This document shows positions 40,784-50,341 of a DNA stretch of 64,000 nucleotides, one piece after another. This DNA comes from a candidate division WOR-3 bacterium (GTDB taxonomy: Bacteria > Hydrothermota > Hydrothermia > JBDRYB01), in the NCBI GenBank assembly GCA_039803205.1, contig JBDRYB010000005.1:1-64000 (forward strand). Reading direction: 5' to 3'. The position numbers and the translations under genes are program-made. Under the pieces are notes generated by a model, which saw only the letters and a list, made by a program, of their open reading frames with translations, had not been told where the DNA came from and did not search any database. Numbering within the stretch: the stretch's first letter is position 1; every line of letters begins with the position of its first letter.

Positions 40784-42358
40784 TTACTCTCCATAGGACA
40801 GGAGTCTCTTCCTCATTCTCTCATAGTATTGCCTGTATTCATCCACATGGGAATCGTAAATAAAATCGGGCAAAAGCTCCCCGCTAGCGAGCTCACGAGC
40901 TCGCGCTATCAGTTCCTCTCTTTCTGTGGGGTTCTGAGAGGAATCAGCCCTTCTGATCAGGTTTTCTATCTCGCCAAGGTCTGTCCAGGTATCCCTGAGA
41001 TAGTAGAAATCGCCTTTCTTGCCCATTAAATTGGGATTGCCCAGTTTTTTCCGGATGATCGTTATAAGGTTGTATAGCCATCGTCTCGTCTTGTGGGTAT
41101 ATTTCTTGTTCGGCCAGAGGAGATAGAACAGATGATCGTCTGGGATCCTGTGTTTTGGAGAAAGAAGAAGATAAACTAGGCACCGGATAGCATCCTTTCT
41201 GCCCCAACTATCTAGAGAGATGGCCTTACCATTGACAAAAAGCCTCAGATCCCCTATCAAGTAGGCCTCTATCCCTTGAACTCGTGGAGCTTTGGTTTCC
41301 TTCTCCATGAGTGGCTGGATAACGGAGATAAAATCGCCCAAAATTGGATCTTCTCGGAACCTGGGATAAAGGAAGAGGATTGGGCCCAAGAACTTGAGGA
41401 TCTTAGTGAAAATCGGCGCATCAGAGACCCACGCGAGATATGCGGCAGCAGCGCCAGCCGAGACCGCTTCTATGGTTTGATAAGCCTTATGATAGCTCTG
41501 AGCCGCTTCAAAGAGCATGACTGAAGCCTCAGCATCATCCTCCGCGAGAAGGGCCTCTATCTCTGAGGAAGCTGCCAGTTCTCCCCAGCTGGCGGACTTG
41601 GCAAGGTTAATGCATTTTCTTATTGTGTCTCGGGGTAACGGTGGCATTCCCTTAAGCCTTGAGAGCTCCATAGCCTTCGCACAAGGGAAAGCCGAGTACG
41701 CGAAATTCAAAGCTAGGAGCTCTTGGGTCGCCTCAGCGTAGGCCCTGTAAGCCTCTTCCAAATTCCCTGACATTCGGAGGGCAAAACCGAGAACCTCTTT
41801 AAGAGTGGCGTTCTGTATGGGAGTTATGTTCCCCCTGCTGAGAAAGGCTTTGAGTATCTCAACTGCTTTTTTGGGCCTGCCCATTGTTGTTTCAAGAGCA
41901 CCCAGCATGTATTGAATATCGTAATCATCCGATGCGGAATCCCTCTGCGCGAGCTCCTGGATGTCCCGATAAAGCGAATCAAACTCTGCCCGCATGAACT
42001 TGTTGTAAAGGAGGTCTAGCCTTGCCTTGAATGCCCTATTCGGATTCCCCATTGCTTCGGCCGTTTCCACTTCCCTCGCGAAGTAGTTATCCGAAGCCCC
42101 CATCTCGCCCATCATCCTGTGCGCAATCCCTAACCACGCGAACAGGTAGACAGCGAGATCAGGTTTATCAGAGACCCGTGCGAGAAGCCTCGTGGCATGC
42201 CGGATGGCCTCGCTGGATGGACGGGTATAGACCATTTCACCTACAATCAGAAGCTCAGCAACAAGCGGATCGGCCTTTCTCATCTGGGAAAGGTATTTGG
42301 CAAATTCCTCTGACTTCCCTTCACGGATGAGGGCAAGCCCCTTCTCAACCTTTTCCAT
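40784..42358 (-). CDS. Transcriptional regulator: N-terminal TPR-like region plus C-terminal SARP-type wHTH and partial BTAD
   Basis: AYLIGDLRLFVNGK....W.RK.A..LVYLLL...IPDD.L..LLWP...LY.LIT.IRKKLG...G.FYYL...TDL.E.E...GELLPD. Confidence 0.75.
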   Translation of the reverse strand: MEKVEKGLALIREGKSEEFAKYLSQMRKADPLVAELLIVGEMVYTRPSSEAIRHATRLLARVSDKPDLAVYLFAWLGIAHRMMGEMGASDNYFAREVETAEAMGNPNRAFKARLDLLYNKFMRAEFDSLYRDIQELAQRDSASDDYDIQYMLGALETTMGRPKKAVEILKAFLSRGNITPIQNATLKEVLGFALRMSGNLEEAYRAYAEATQELLALNFAYSAFPCAKAMELSRLKGMPPLPRDTIRKCINLAKSASWGELAASSEIEALLAEDDAEASVMLFEAAQSYHKAYQTIEAVSAGAAAAYLAWVSDAPIFTKILKFLGPILFLYPRFREDPILGDFISVIQPLMEKETKAPRVQGIEAYLIGDLRLFVNGKAISLDSWGRKDAIRCLVYLLLSPKHRIPDDHLFYLLWPNKKYTHKTRRWLYNLITIIRKKLGNPNLMGKKGDFYYLRDTWTDLGEIENLIRRADSSQNPTEREELIARARELASGELLPDFIYDSHVDEYRQYYERMRKRLLSYGE

Positions 42359-42428
42359 TGTTTGCCAGAATATTTTACAGGATGAGGATAAATAAGTTCA
42401 ATAGTATCAAGGACTTAGATTTTCACTC

Positions 42429-42459
42429 GTGAGCTAGTTGTGAGCTCTTTCATTAAAAT
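42429..42459 (+). promoter_or_regulatory. Putative SARP-type operator and -10 box for the six-gene array
   Basis: GTGAGCT (42429-42435), N4, GTGAGCT (42440-42446), N7, TAAAAT (42454-42459). Confidence 0.6.
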
Positions 42460-42487
42460 TAATGTCGTTCAGTAAGAGAGGTGTAAC

Positions 42488-43978
42488 ATGTATGGATTTC
42501 TAACTTGTGCGATAATAGCCCAATCCAGTTGGGCAAAGGTCTATGGAGATGCACGGGCCTGGCAGGGCGTATGGTGCTTGGTTCAGACCCCCGATGGCGG
42601 ATATATCCTCGGCACCAACAGCGCTGACGGCGATGGATATGCCACACTGGTCAAGACAGATGCAAACGGTAACCCTCAGCAGATCAGGAAGTTCTGGGCC
42701 TTCGTGCCGTTTACGGACATCATACCAACCGCGGACGGGGGTTACATAGCAGTGAGTCCGGACAAGTTTGACGGAGGTGTGTTTCCCGAGGTCGTCAAGC
42801 TGAACGCCTCCTTTAACCCTCAGTGGATATATTCCTACGAGCCCCTAACCACGAATGCCCATTCCCCATGGAGCGTTGTTCGGACACCCGATGGCGGATA
42901 CGCTATTGGGGGTTGGGGATGGTATCCCGGAGGCCAGCCCTTCATCCTGAAGCTGAATTCCACAGGCGGTGCTTCCTGGACCAGATACATTTACCTAGAC
43001 GGCGAACCCAACTACACCTGTTCCATGATCTCCACATCTGATGGCGGTTATGCGATGTTGGGAGACCACAGTAGCGGAGCCGCGGATGTATTCCTCCTGA
43101 AGCTGAGTTCTACTCCTTCTGTCCAGTGGGCTGTCTCAATTGGGGGGCCCGGCTATGAGGAACTCTATTTTTCCTCTTATAACCTTATTCAGACAGCAGA
43201 TGGAGGCTACGCCCTGGTTTGCTATACAGACAGCTATGGGGCTGGTTCCTGGGATATCATGGTGGTCAAGCTTGATGGCTCTGGAAACCTGGTTTGGGCA
43301 AAGACATACGGTGGGCCCGGGGATGATGGCCCTGAGGGGATACTCCAGACATCTGACTATGGCTATCTGGTATGGGGAGGCACTGGCTCGTGGGGGCCTG
43401 GCGGAGGGGATCTGCTCGTCATGAGACTTGACAACTCAGGAAACCTCATCTGGGCCAGGGTTTTTGGCGAGCCAGGGGTTCTGGATGTTGCTTACTCAGC
43501 GATACAGACCTCTGATGGCGGATACGCGATAGGCGGCGCAACTGGCGGGAGCGAGGCGAAGGCCCTTTTGCTGAAACTGGATGCGAATGGGAATTATCCG
43601 GATTGCATTCTTGATTGTCAGCCCTCCGTAACCTCCGTTACACCTGCTGTCGCTCCAACAACGGCTGAGATATACTCAGCGGATGTCTACAGATATACGG
43701 ATGATGCGCCCACAACGATTAATTTTACCACTATACCCATGTGCACCCCTCTAGAGCTTGAGAAGCAGCCCTCTAAGAACCCTGAGATGAGGTGCGCGCC
43801 CATCCCAGGCGGCCTCCTATTCGTAAGCGAATCCAAAATGATTGTGGACATCTATGCCCCTGACGGAAGGCTCGTTCGCCGGGAACAACTTAAGGAGAGC
43901 CAGACCCGGATTCCCCTTGACCCCGGCATCTATTTCTGGCAGGCCGGGTCATACAAAGGAAAGGCGGTGGTAAGATGA
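42488..43978 (+). CDS. Secreted beta-propeller repeat protein, array gene 1
   Basis: QTPDGGY/WAKTYGG repeats; tail LDPGIYFWQAGSYKGKAVVR. Confidence 0.82.
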   Translation: MYGFLTCAIIAQSSWAKVYGDARAWQGVWCLVQTPDGGYILGTNSADGDGYATLVKTDANGNPQQIRKFWAFVPFTDIIPTADGGYIAVSPDKFDGGVFPEVVKLNASFNPQWIYSYEPLTTNAHSPWSVVRTPDGGYAIGGWGWYPGGQPFILKLNSTGGASWTRYIYLDGEPNYTCSMISTSDGGYAMLGDHSSGAADVFLLKLSSTPSVQWAVSIGGPGYEELYFSSYNLIQTADGGYALVCYTDSYGAGSWDIMVVKLDGSGNLVWAKTYGGPGDDGPEGILQTSDYGYLVWGGTGSWGPGGGDLLVMRLDNSGNLIWARVFGEPGVLDVAYSAIQTSDGGYAIGGATGGSEAKALLLKLDANGNYPDCILDCQPSVTSVTPAVAPTTAEIYSADVYRYTDDAPTTINFTTIPMCTPLELEKQPSKNPEMRCAPIPGGLLFVSESKMIVDIYAPDGRLVRREQLKESQTRIPLDPGIYFWQAGSYKGKAVVR

Positions 43979-43983
43979 GAAGC

Positions 43984-44042
43984 ATGGGCCGGCCGTGGAA
44001 AGCTCGCACCTCCCGTTTCGGCCGCGGCCGGCCCATATTTTT
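43984..44042 (+). promoter_or_regulatory. Intergenic RNA hairpin (15-bp stem, 23-nt loop) with a short T-tract
   Basis: ATGGGCCGGCCGTGG ... CCGCGGCCGGCCCAT followed by ATTTTT; homolog at 48613-48661. Confidence 0.6.
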
Positions 44043-44068
44043 GCCAAAACCAAAAAGGAGAAGAGGCT

Positions 44069-45514
44069 ATGATCTCTTTTGTAATGTCTGGCCTTCTGTT
44101 TTCTCAAGCCCTATTCGCATACAGATACAGGTATGATGGCACATGGGATGATGTCTATTCGCTTATAAGGGCATCCGATGGAGGATATGCTTTCATTGGG
44201 CCGTTGGGAGATAGGCTTGGGATTGTGAAGTTAAGCTCATCAGGGAGCGTGTCGTGGGCAGAATATGTATACCAGGCCGAAGGGGACCCTGATGTGGAAT
44301 ATGGGGGCGCCATAATCCAGACCTCTGATGGTGGATTTGCAATAGGCGCTTGCTCTATTACGGACAACATGCTCTTCATTAAGCTCAACTCGTCCGGCGG
44401 CATAACAAATTACTACAGCTATGGCACTAGTTGGGACGGGGCCAAATCTCTCATTCAGGACGGCACATACTATGTGATGGCAGGCAAAAGGATCAACACA
44501 GCAGATGGCAATTTCTTTGATTGGTATGTTGTCAAGATATCTGGTTCAAACGGGACTGTCAGCTGGGGAAGGCGCTTTGGATACGCGGGGGGCCATGATT
44601 CTGCGTGTTCAATACTCAGGATGTCCGATGGGGGATACCTTATTGGGGGAACCATGGGAGATCGGTTCGCGACTGTCAAGATAACATCCTCCGGAGGTTT
44701 TTCCTGGGCGAGGATCTACACTGGACTCACTGCCTACGCTACCTCTATGGTTTCTACATCCGACGGTGGCGTTATAATGGTTGGTTATACGGGGGGAGAT
44801 GTTCTTGTTCTGAAGATAGCCTCAGACGGAAGCCTCAGTTGGGCAAAGAGATACGATGGGGGAAGTTCAGAAGAAGGGTTATCCGTGATACAGGCAGGAG
44901 ACGGTGATTATGTCGTTGGGGCCTATACCTCCACTGGCCCCTTGGTTTTCAAGATAAGCCCTGATGGGAACACTGTAAGGTGGTCAAGCAGACTACCAAC
45001 GGTCGGGATCCACGGGTGGGCTCACGGGACCCTGGTTCAAAGTACAGATGGGGGTTATGTTTTTGGTGGATCTTGCGCCGGCACCGTGGGCAGTGATTTT
45101 ATGGTTTTGAAACTTGATTCCCAGGGCCAACATCCTAATTGTAGCGCGGGATATCCTCTCACCGTGTCCACACCTCAAATAACAGCATCATCAGAAACAT
45201 TTTCCTTAGTATCTGCGGCTCCTTCCAGAACCTCATACACGGGTTCTACTCCCTCTATTGTTCTGGACACGGTAAGACTCTCGTGCTCACCTACATACGA
45301 GGATGTGGAGGAATTTGCTGGGATCACGCTGAAGGTTTTTGCGGGGGGCGTGATCTTTAACTCTCCAAGTAATCTCCTGCTCAGCCTCTACTCTTCTGAT
45401 GGAAGGCTCGTCAGATATAAGGAAATGAGGTGTGGAGAGAACCGTATAAACCTTGACCCCGGCGTCTATTTCTGGCAAGCCGGGCCATACAAAGGAAAGG
45501 CGGTGGTGAAATGA
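44069..45514 (+). CDS. Secreted beta-propeller repeat protein, array gene 2
   Basis: SDGG repeats; tail LDPGVYFWQAGPYKGKAVVK. Confidence 0.82.
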   Translation: MISFVMSGLLFSQALFAYRYRYDGTWDDVYSLIRASDGGYAFIGPLGDRLGIVKLSSSGSVSWAEYVYQAEGDPDVEYGGAIIQTSDGGFAIGACSITDNMLFIKLNSSGGITNYYSYGTSWDGAKSLIQDGTYYVMAGKRINTADGNFFDWYVVKISGSNGTVSWGRRFGYAGGHDSACSILRMSDGGYLIGGTMGDRFATVKITSSGGFSWARIYTGLTAYATSMVSTSDGGVIMVGYTGGDVLVLKIASDGSLSWAKRYDGGSSEEGLSVIQAGDGDYVVGAYTSTGPLVFKISPDGNTVRWSSRLPTVGIHGWAHGTLVQSTDGGYVFGGSCAGTVGSDFMVLKLDSQGQHPNCSAGYPLTVSTPQITASSETFSLVSAAPSRTSYTGSTPSIVLDTVRLSCSPTYEDVEEFAGITLKVFAGGVIFNSPSNLLLSLYSSDGRLVRYKEMRCGENRINLDPGVYFWQAGPYKGKAVVK

Positions 45515-45530
45515 TAGGAGGAAAAGAAAT

Positions 45531-47051
45531 ATGTCAGGAATACATGCTATAACTATCATCCTTCTCAATCAGCCTCTCTGGGCAAAGGCTTACGGAGGAA
45601 CTAGTAGGGATTGGGCCTTCTCCGTCACGCAAATAGCAAATGGGAGCTACCTCATTGCGGGTGAGACATGGGGTTTTGGCGCAGGTCTTGGAGACGCTCT
45701 CCTCATAAACCTTGATTCTTTCGGAAACATAAACTGGGCAAGGACAATAGGGGGTTCTAACTATGACCCCGCATACTGCGCCATTCAGACCTCTGACGGT
45801 GGATACGCCATCGCGGGGAGGACCCAGAGCTATGGCGCTGGTCTTTATGACGCTTATGTTTTCAAGCTGAACCCAGCCCTCAGCCTCTCCTGGGCTAGTG
45901 TCTTCGGCGGAACAGGCCAGGATAGATTTCACTCAGTAGTTCAAACAGACGACGGAGGATATGTGGCCGTAGGTTCCACAAACTCTTTCACGGGCACATA
46001 CACCGATTTTCTAATGGTGAGACTGGATGCCTCCGGCGGGCTTGTTTGGGCAAGGGCCTTTGGTCAGGCAAACAGCGATGATACAGCCTATGCAGTGATT
46101 GAGGCGCCGGATGGCTATGTTGTTGCTGGGGGTTCTCGCCAAGGTATATATGGATGGGATTTTCTGGTCCTGAAGCTTGATGAAAACGGGAATCTCCTTT
46201 GGGCAAAGGCCTACAGAGGAGGAAACGATGAGATAGCCCATTCCCTGATAAGAACCCCGGACGGATGCTACCTGGTTGGTGGATGGACCCAGAGCTTCGG
46301 TGCGGGCAACTGGGATTACCTCGTCATCAAAATTGATGAATCCGGGAACCTCATTTGGGCAAAGACATATGGTGGAGCAGGCCACGATGATTACATCTTT
46401 TCGCTAACAGAGACCTCTGATGGTGGGTTTGCTATCGCGGGCGCGAGCTTCAGCTTTGGTGCTGGCGAACGAGACTTCCTCGTGATCAAAACAGACCCTC
46501 TCGGAAACCTTATATGGGCAAGAACATTCGGCGGAGCCAGCTATGACGAAGCCTGGTCAATAGTTCAATCGCCAGATGGGTGTTTCACAGTTGTAGGGTG
46601 GTCATGGAACTTTGGGGCCGGGAACTACGATGTGATAGCCATGAGGCTTGATCCCAGTGGAAATTATGCAGGCTGTGTTCAGCCCTGTAGCCCGAGCGTG
46701 CTTGAACCATCTCCGGATGTTATATCCGTTAGCGGATTATCCTCCCCCGCGCTCTCCACAGCAAGCCCCACCCCTTCAGTGGGAATACCTTCTTTAACCG
46801 TAACCGATGCCTGCCCTCCTCTTGCACATGAAGAACATGAGGACGCAAATCAACAGGAGATTAGGTGCGTTTCTGTGCCTGGGGGCGTTATTTTCTTCTC
46901 CCCGTTGGAGGCTGATATAGCAATATACTCCCCTGATGGCAGGCTCATTTATTCCGGTAAAGTAATGAGGGGACAGAACCGGGTTTCCCTTGACCCCGGT
47001 GTCTATTTCTGGCAGGCCGGGCCATACAAAGGAAAGGCGGTGGTATGGTAA
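45531..47051 (+). CDS. Secreted beta-propeller repeat protein, array gene 3
   Basis: WAKAYGG/QTSDGG repeats; tail LDPGVYFWQAGPYKGKAVVW. Confidence 0.82.
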   Translation: MSGIHAITIILLNQPLWAKAYGGTSRDWAFSVTQIANGSYLIAGETWGFGAGLGDALLINLDSFGNINWARTIGGSNYDPAYCAIQTSDGGYAIAGRTQSYGAGLYDAYVFKLNPALSLSWASVFGGTGQDRFHSVVQTDDGGYVAVGSTNSFTGTYTDFLMVRLDASGGLVWARAFGQANSDDTAYAVIEAPDGYVVAGGSRQGIYGWDFLVLKLDENGNLLWAKAYRGGNDEIAHSLIRTPDGCYLVGGWTQSFGAGNWDYLVIKIDESGNLIWAKTYGGAGHDDYIFSLTETSDGGFAIAGASFSFGAGERDFLVIKTDPLGNLIWARTFGGASYDEAWSIVQSPDGCFTVVGWSWNFGAGNYDVIAMRLDPSGNYAGCVQPCSPSVLEPSPDVISVSGLSSPALSTASPTPSVGIPSLTVTDACPPLAHEEHEDANQQEIRCVSVPGGVIFFSPLEADIAIYSPDGRLIYSGKVMRGQNRVSLDPGVYFWQAGPYKGKAVVW

Positions 47052-47069
47052 AAGCAAGGAGGACCTTCC

Positions 47070-48605
47070 ATGATGGGGATTGGATTGATCGGTTTGAGTT
47101 TAAATGCTCAAGCCCAATTCGCGAGAGGGTATGGAGGCACACCAAACGATTCTGTTCTCTGCATGATCCTTGCTTCTGATGGGGGCTATGCGCTTGTCGG
47201 CAAGACCACATCCGGTGCTGGTGGATACGATGTTTTGGTTATGAAACTTACTTCCTCAGGGGCCCTATCTTGGGCAAAAGCATACGGGGGCACCGGAGAC
47301 GAGTGGGGCTATTCTATAACCCAAACAACAGATGGAGGCTATGCGGTAGCTGGGTTTACTAAGTCAGGGTTGGATAGCACCGACTTTTTGGTGTTCAGAC
47401 TTGATGCATCCGGAAACCTTGCTTGGAGCAAAAGGTTCGGCGGGGTGAGAAATGACACTGCTTTTTCTATTATCCAGACTGCTGATCAAGGATACGCGGT
47501 GGTTGGGAGAACCATGAGAACCGGACAGACATACTCAGATGCCCTCATGCTGAAGCTGGATGCCTCAGGAAGCCTCGTGTGGAGCAAGGGTTTTGGAATG
47601 GGATCAGGAACCTATGGGACTTATTGGGATGATGCCTATTCTGTGATCCAGACCAACGATGGAGGATATGCTATCCTCGTGTGCACCAGGAATTTCTCAG
47701 CATACAACAGCGATTACCTTGTTGTTAAGCTCAGTGCATCAGGGACTCTCACCTGGGCTACGAGGTTCGGGCTACGGGATGCCGATACCCCAAGGGCAAT
47801 AATTCAGACCTCTGATGGAGGATACCTGAGTGTTGGATGGATAAGAAACACTGAGCTCAACTACTATCGCGATATGTTTGCAGTTAAACTTAATGCTTCT
47901 GGGACACCTGTATGGTATAAGAGCTACGGCACAACGAACTACGAGGCGGCCAACTCCGGAGTTCAGAGCTCTGATGGGGGATATGTTCTGGCAGGATGGA
48001 GAAGGGTTAGCGCCTCAGATGACCAGTTTTTAATTATTAAGATAGACCCATCTGGCAACTTCGTCTGGGGCAGGAGCTTCGGCGGCGCGGGTCGCGAGTG
48101 GGCGTATTCAGTGGTCCCAGGAAGCTACGCCATAGGGGGCTGGTCGGAAAGCTACGGTAGCAATAATGACGCTCTGGTGCTCAAACTAGATGATGATGGT
48201 AATTACCGCAACTGTGTTGATGAAATAACCTTCTCAGCATACACGCCAACTAACTTCGCTTACGCTTCCCTCAGCAATGTCGGCGAGGCAACTCCATCCG
48301 TTTCGGAAGCAAGCATGAGTTTAGCCACCACTGATCTCACGCGCTCCCCGTATAACATCTGTGAACCCGTATATGAGGGTTTAGAGGAATCCTCGTCAGA
48401 GCAAGAGATACGGATAACCTGCGCCCCTGTTCCTGGAGGCATTTCCTTCTTTACATCCGCTCAAGTAGCTCTGAAGATCTACACTCCCGAGGGCCAATTG
48501 GCGTTTACCGGAACACTTGGAGGGGGATGCAACCGAATAAACATGGACCCCGGCGTCTATATTTGGGAAGCAGGGCCATGCAGAGGAAAGGTGGTGGTAA
48601 GATGA
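47070..48605 (+). CDS. Secreted beta-propeller repeat protein, array gene 4
   Basis: QTTDGGY repeats; tail MDPGVYIWEAGPCRGKVVVR. Confidence 0.82.
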   Translation: MMGIGLIGLSLNAQAQFARGYGGTPNDSVLCMILASDGGYALVGKTTSGAGGYDVLVMKLTSSGALSWAKAYGGTGDEWGYSITQTTDGGYAVAGFTKSGLDSTDFLVFRLDASGNLAWSKRFGGVRNDTAFSIIQTADQGYAVVGRTMRTGQTYSDALMLKLDASGSLVWSKGFGMGSGTYGTYWDDAYSVIQTNDGGYAILVCTRNFSAYNSDYLVVKLSASGTLTWATRFGLRDADTPRAIIQTSDGGYLSVGWIRNTELNYYRDMFAVKLNASGTPVWYKSYGTTNYEAANSGVQSSDGGYVLAGWRRVSASDDQFLIIKIDPSGNFVWGRSFGGAGREWAYSVVPGSYAIGGWSESYGSNNDALVLKLDDDGNYRNCVDEITFSAYTPTNFAYASLSNVGEATPSVSEASMSLATTDLTRSPYNICEPVYEGLEESSSEQEIRITCAPVPGGISFFTSAQVALKIYTPEGQLAFTGTLGGGCNRINMDPGVYIWEAGPCRGKVVVR

Positions 48606-48612
48606 GAACAAA

Positions 48613-48661
48613 GGGCTGGCTGTGGTTTTATTGCACCCTCCGTTTTTGCTGCAGCTGGCCC
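48613..48661 (+). promoter_or_regulatory. Intergenic RNA hairpin with an anti-SD sequence in the loop
   Basis: GGGCTGGCTGTGG / CTGCAGCTGGCCC pairs fully with G-U allowed; loop CCTCCGTT (48637-48644) complements AACGGAGG (48682-48689). Confidence 0.55.
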
Positions 48662-48696
48662 GTGTTTAGAAAGCGAAAACCAACGGAGGTTTTGTC

Positions 48697-50229
48697 ATGA
48701 TAGGATATATCTTGGTAACATGCGTAGCGCAAGTCATAGGCACCTGGCCTATGTGGGGAGGAGATCTCGCCCACTCATCGGTCCAGATTATGAGAGGAGC
48801 TATAACCAGTCCTGTTATAAAGTGGCGCTTCGCTACCGGTTGGTATAACGGGCCTTGGCAGTTTTCCGCTATAGCTGATTGCGATGGTGATGGATCTGCA
48901 GAGGTGATATTGGGCAGTTGGGACCACAATCTCTATTGTCTCAATGGTTCAAATGGGGCCCTGGAGTGGTCGTTTACCACAGGCGATAGAGTGTATAGCT
49001 CTCCGGCAGTAGCAGATGTTGATGGAGATGGAACCGCGGAGGTTGTGGTAGGCAGCTGGGATCATAATGTCTATTGTCTCCGCGGTTCAAATGGAACCGC
49101 AAAGTGGATCTTCTCGACAGGAAACCAGGTGTATAACTCCGCGGCCATAGCTGATGTTGATGGAGATGGAAGCTCTGAGGTTATTATAGGTAGTTGGGAC
49201 AATAAAGTTTATTGCCTTCGCGGGTCAGATGGAACCCCAAAGTGGGAGTTTATAGAAGGGGGACGGATCTGGAGCACAGCGGCAGTAGCTGATGTGGATG
49301 GAGACGGAACCACAGAGGTTGTGATAGGGAGTTTGGATGATGCCAATGTTTTCTGTATCAGAGGAACAGACGGGTCTCAAAAGTGGGCGTTTACCACCGG
49401 AAACGATGTATATTCCTCTCCTGTTCTAGATGATGTGAACGGAGATGGAAAGATTGAGGTGGTCATGGGAAGCAACGATAATAAGATCTACTGCCTCCGG
49501 GGTTCAGACGGAACCCAGATGTGGAGTTTCACAACGGGGGGCGATGTGATGGGCTCCCCAGTCATAGCGGATTGCGACGGAGACGGGGCTAAAGAGGTAA
49601 TAATAGGTAGTATGGATAGTAAAGTGTATTGTCTCCGCGGCTCAGATGGAACCCAGAAGTGGTCAGTCTCTTTTCCAGGAGGCGTTCACTCTCCCGGCGC
49701 TCTCGCGGACATAGACGGAGATGGAAGGTTTGAATTTTTAGTTTCTCAAATCGGTGTATCTCCTGATACCCTCTACTGTATAAACGCTGAAAACGGTTCC
49801 ATAGCCTGGAAAAGGGCTCTAGCTTATGAAGTCAACTCACCTTTTGCCGGGGATATAGATGGAGATGGTTGTATAGAGGTGATAGCGACGACCTTAGAAT
49901 CTGATCCTCAGGGTTACAGTGTTTTTGCTATTGATGATCCTGGCAATACAACTAATTGTGGAATCCTATATGGAGACGCAAAAGAGGGTTCAAACCGTGG
50001 CTCTCTTGAGTTCAAGGCCAAGGGGAGTTCTATATACCTTTCTATCCCATCCGAAGCTTGGGTTTCCCTTGTTCTGTATGATGTTTCGGGTAAGTTATTC
50101 CAGAAAATATATGAGGGTGTCCTGAGCCAAGGGGATCACATCCTCATAGCTAGAACAGGGGCCAAAGGGGTCTACTTCGCGGTTCTTAAGTATCAGGGAG
50201 AGGTGAGGATCCTGAAAGTGGTAAGGTGA
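48697..50229 (+). CDS. Secreted FG-GAP/PQQ-like beta-propeller with T9SS-like CTD, array gene 5
   Basis: Repeats SSPAVADVDGDG..EVV.GS.D..VYCL.GSDG..KW.F.TG with DxDGDG calcium-binding-like loops. Confidence 0.85.
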   Translation: MIGYILVTCVAQVIGTWPMWGGDLAHSSVQIMRGAITSPVIKWRFATGWYNGPWQFSAIADCDGDGSAEVILGSWDHNLYCLNGSNGALEWSFTTGDRVYSSPAVADVDGDGTAEVVVGSWDHNVYCLRGSNGTAKWIFSTGNQVYNSAAIADVDGDGSSEVIIGSWDNKVYCLRGSDGTPKWEFIEGGRIWSTAAVADVDGDGTTEVVIGSLDDANVFCIRGTDGSQKWAFTTGNDVYSSPVLDDVNGDGKIEVVMGSNDNKIYCLRGSDGTQMWSFTTGGDVMGSPVIADCDGDGAKEVIIGSMDSKVYCLRGSDGTQKWSVSFPGGVHSPGALADIDGDGRFEFLVSQIGVSPDTLYCINAENGSIAWKRALAYEVNSPFAGDIDGDGCIEVIATTLESDPQGYSVFAIDDPGNTTNCGILYGDAKEGSNRGSLEFKAKGSSIYLSIPSEAWVSLVLYDVSGKLFQKIYEGVLSQGDHILIARTGAKGVYFAVLKYQGEVRILKVVR

Positions 50230-50341
50230 ACATGACCAACACAAAGGAAAGGAGCCTCGTAGTTTCTCAGGGCCGGTGCATATCTACATATCTCTGGAAG
50301 GCCTGGCCACTTGTTAAGATAAAAACAACGGAGGTTTTATC

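Noticed and set aside
43915..48605. Diversity-generating retroelement (3'-end repeats resembling VR/TR)
   Set aside because: No reverse transcriptase in the window, every copy is inside a gene, and mismatches are not confined to adenines.
43979..50341. Integron cassette array with attC sites
   Set aside because: The hairpins lack RYYYAAC/GTTRRRY ends, two junctions have no room for one, and no integrase is present.
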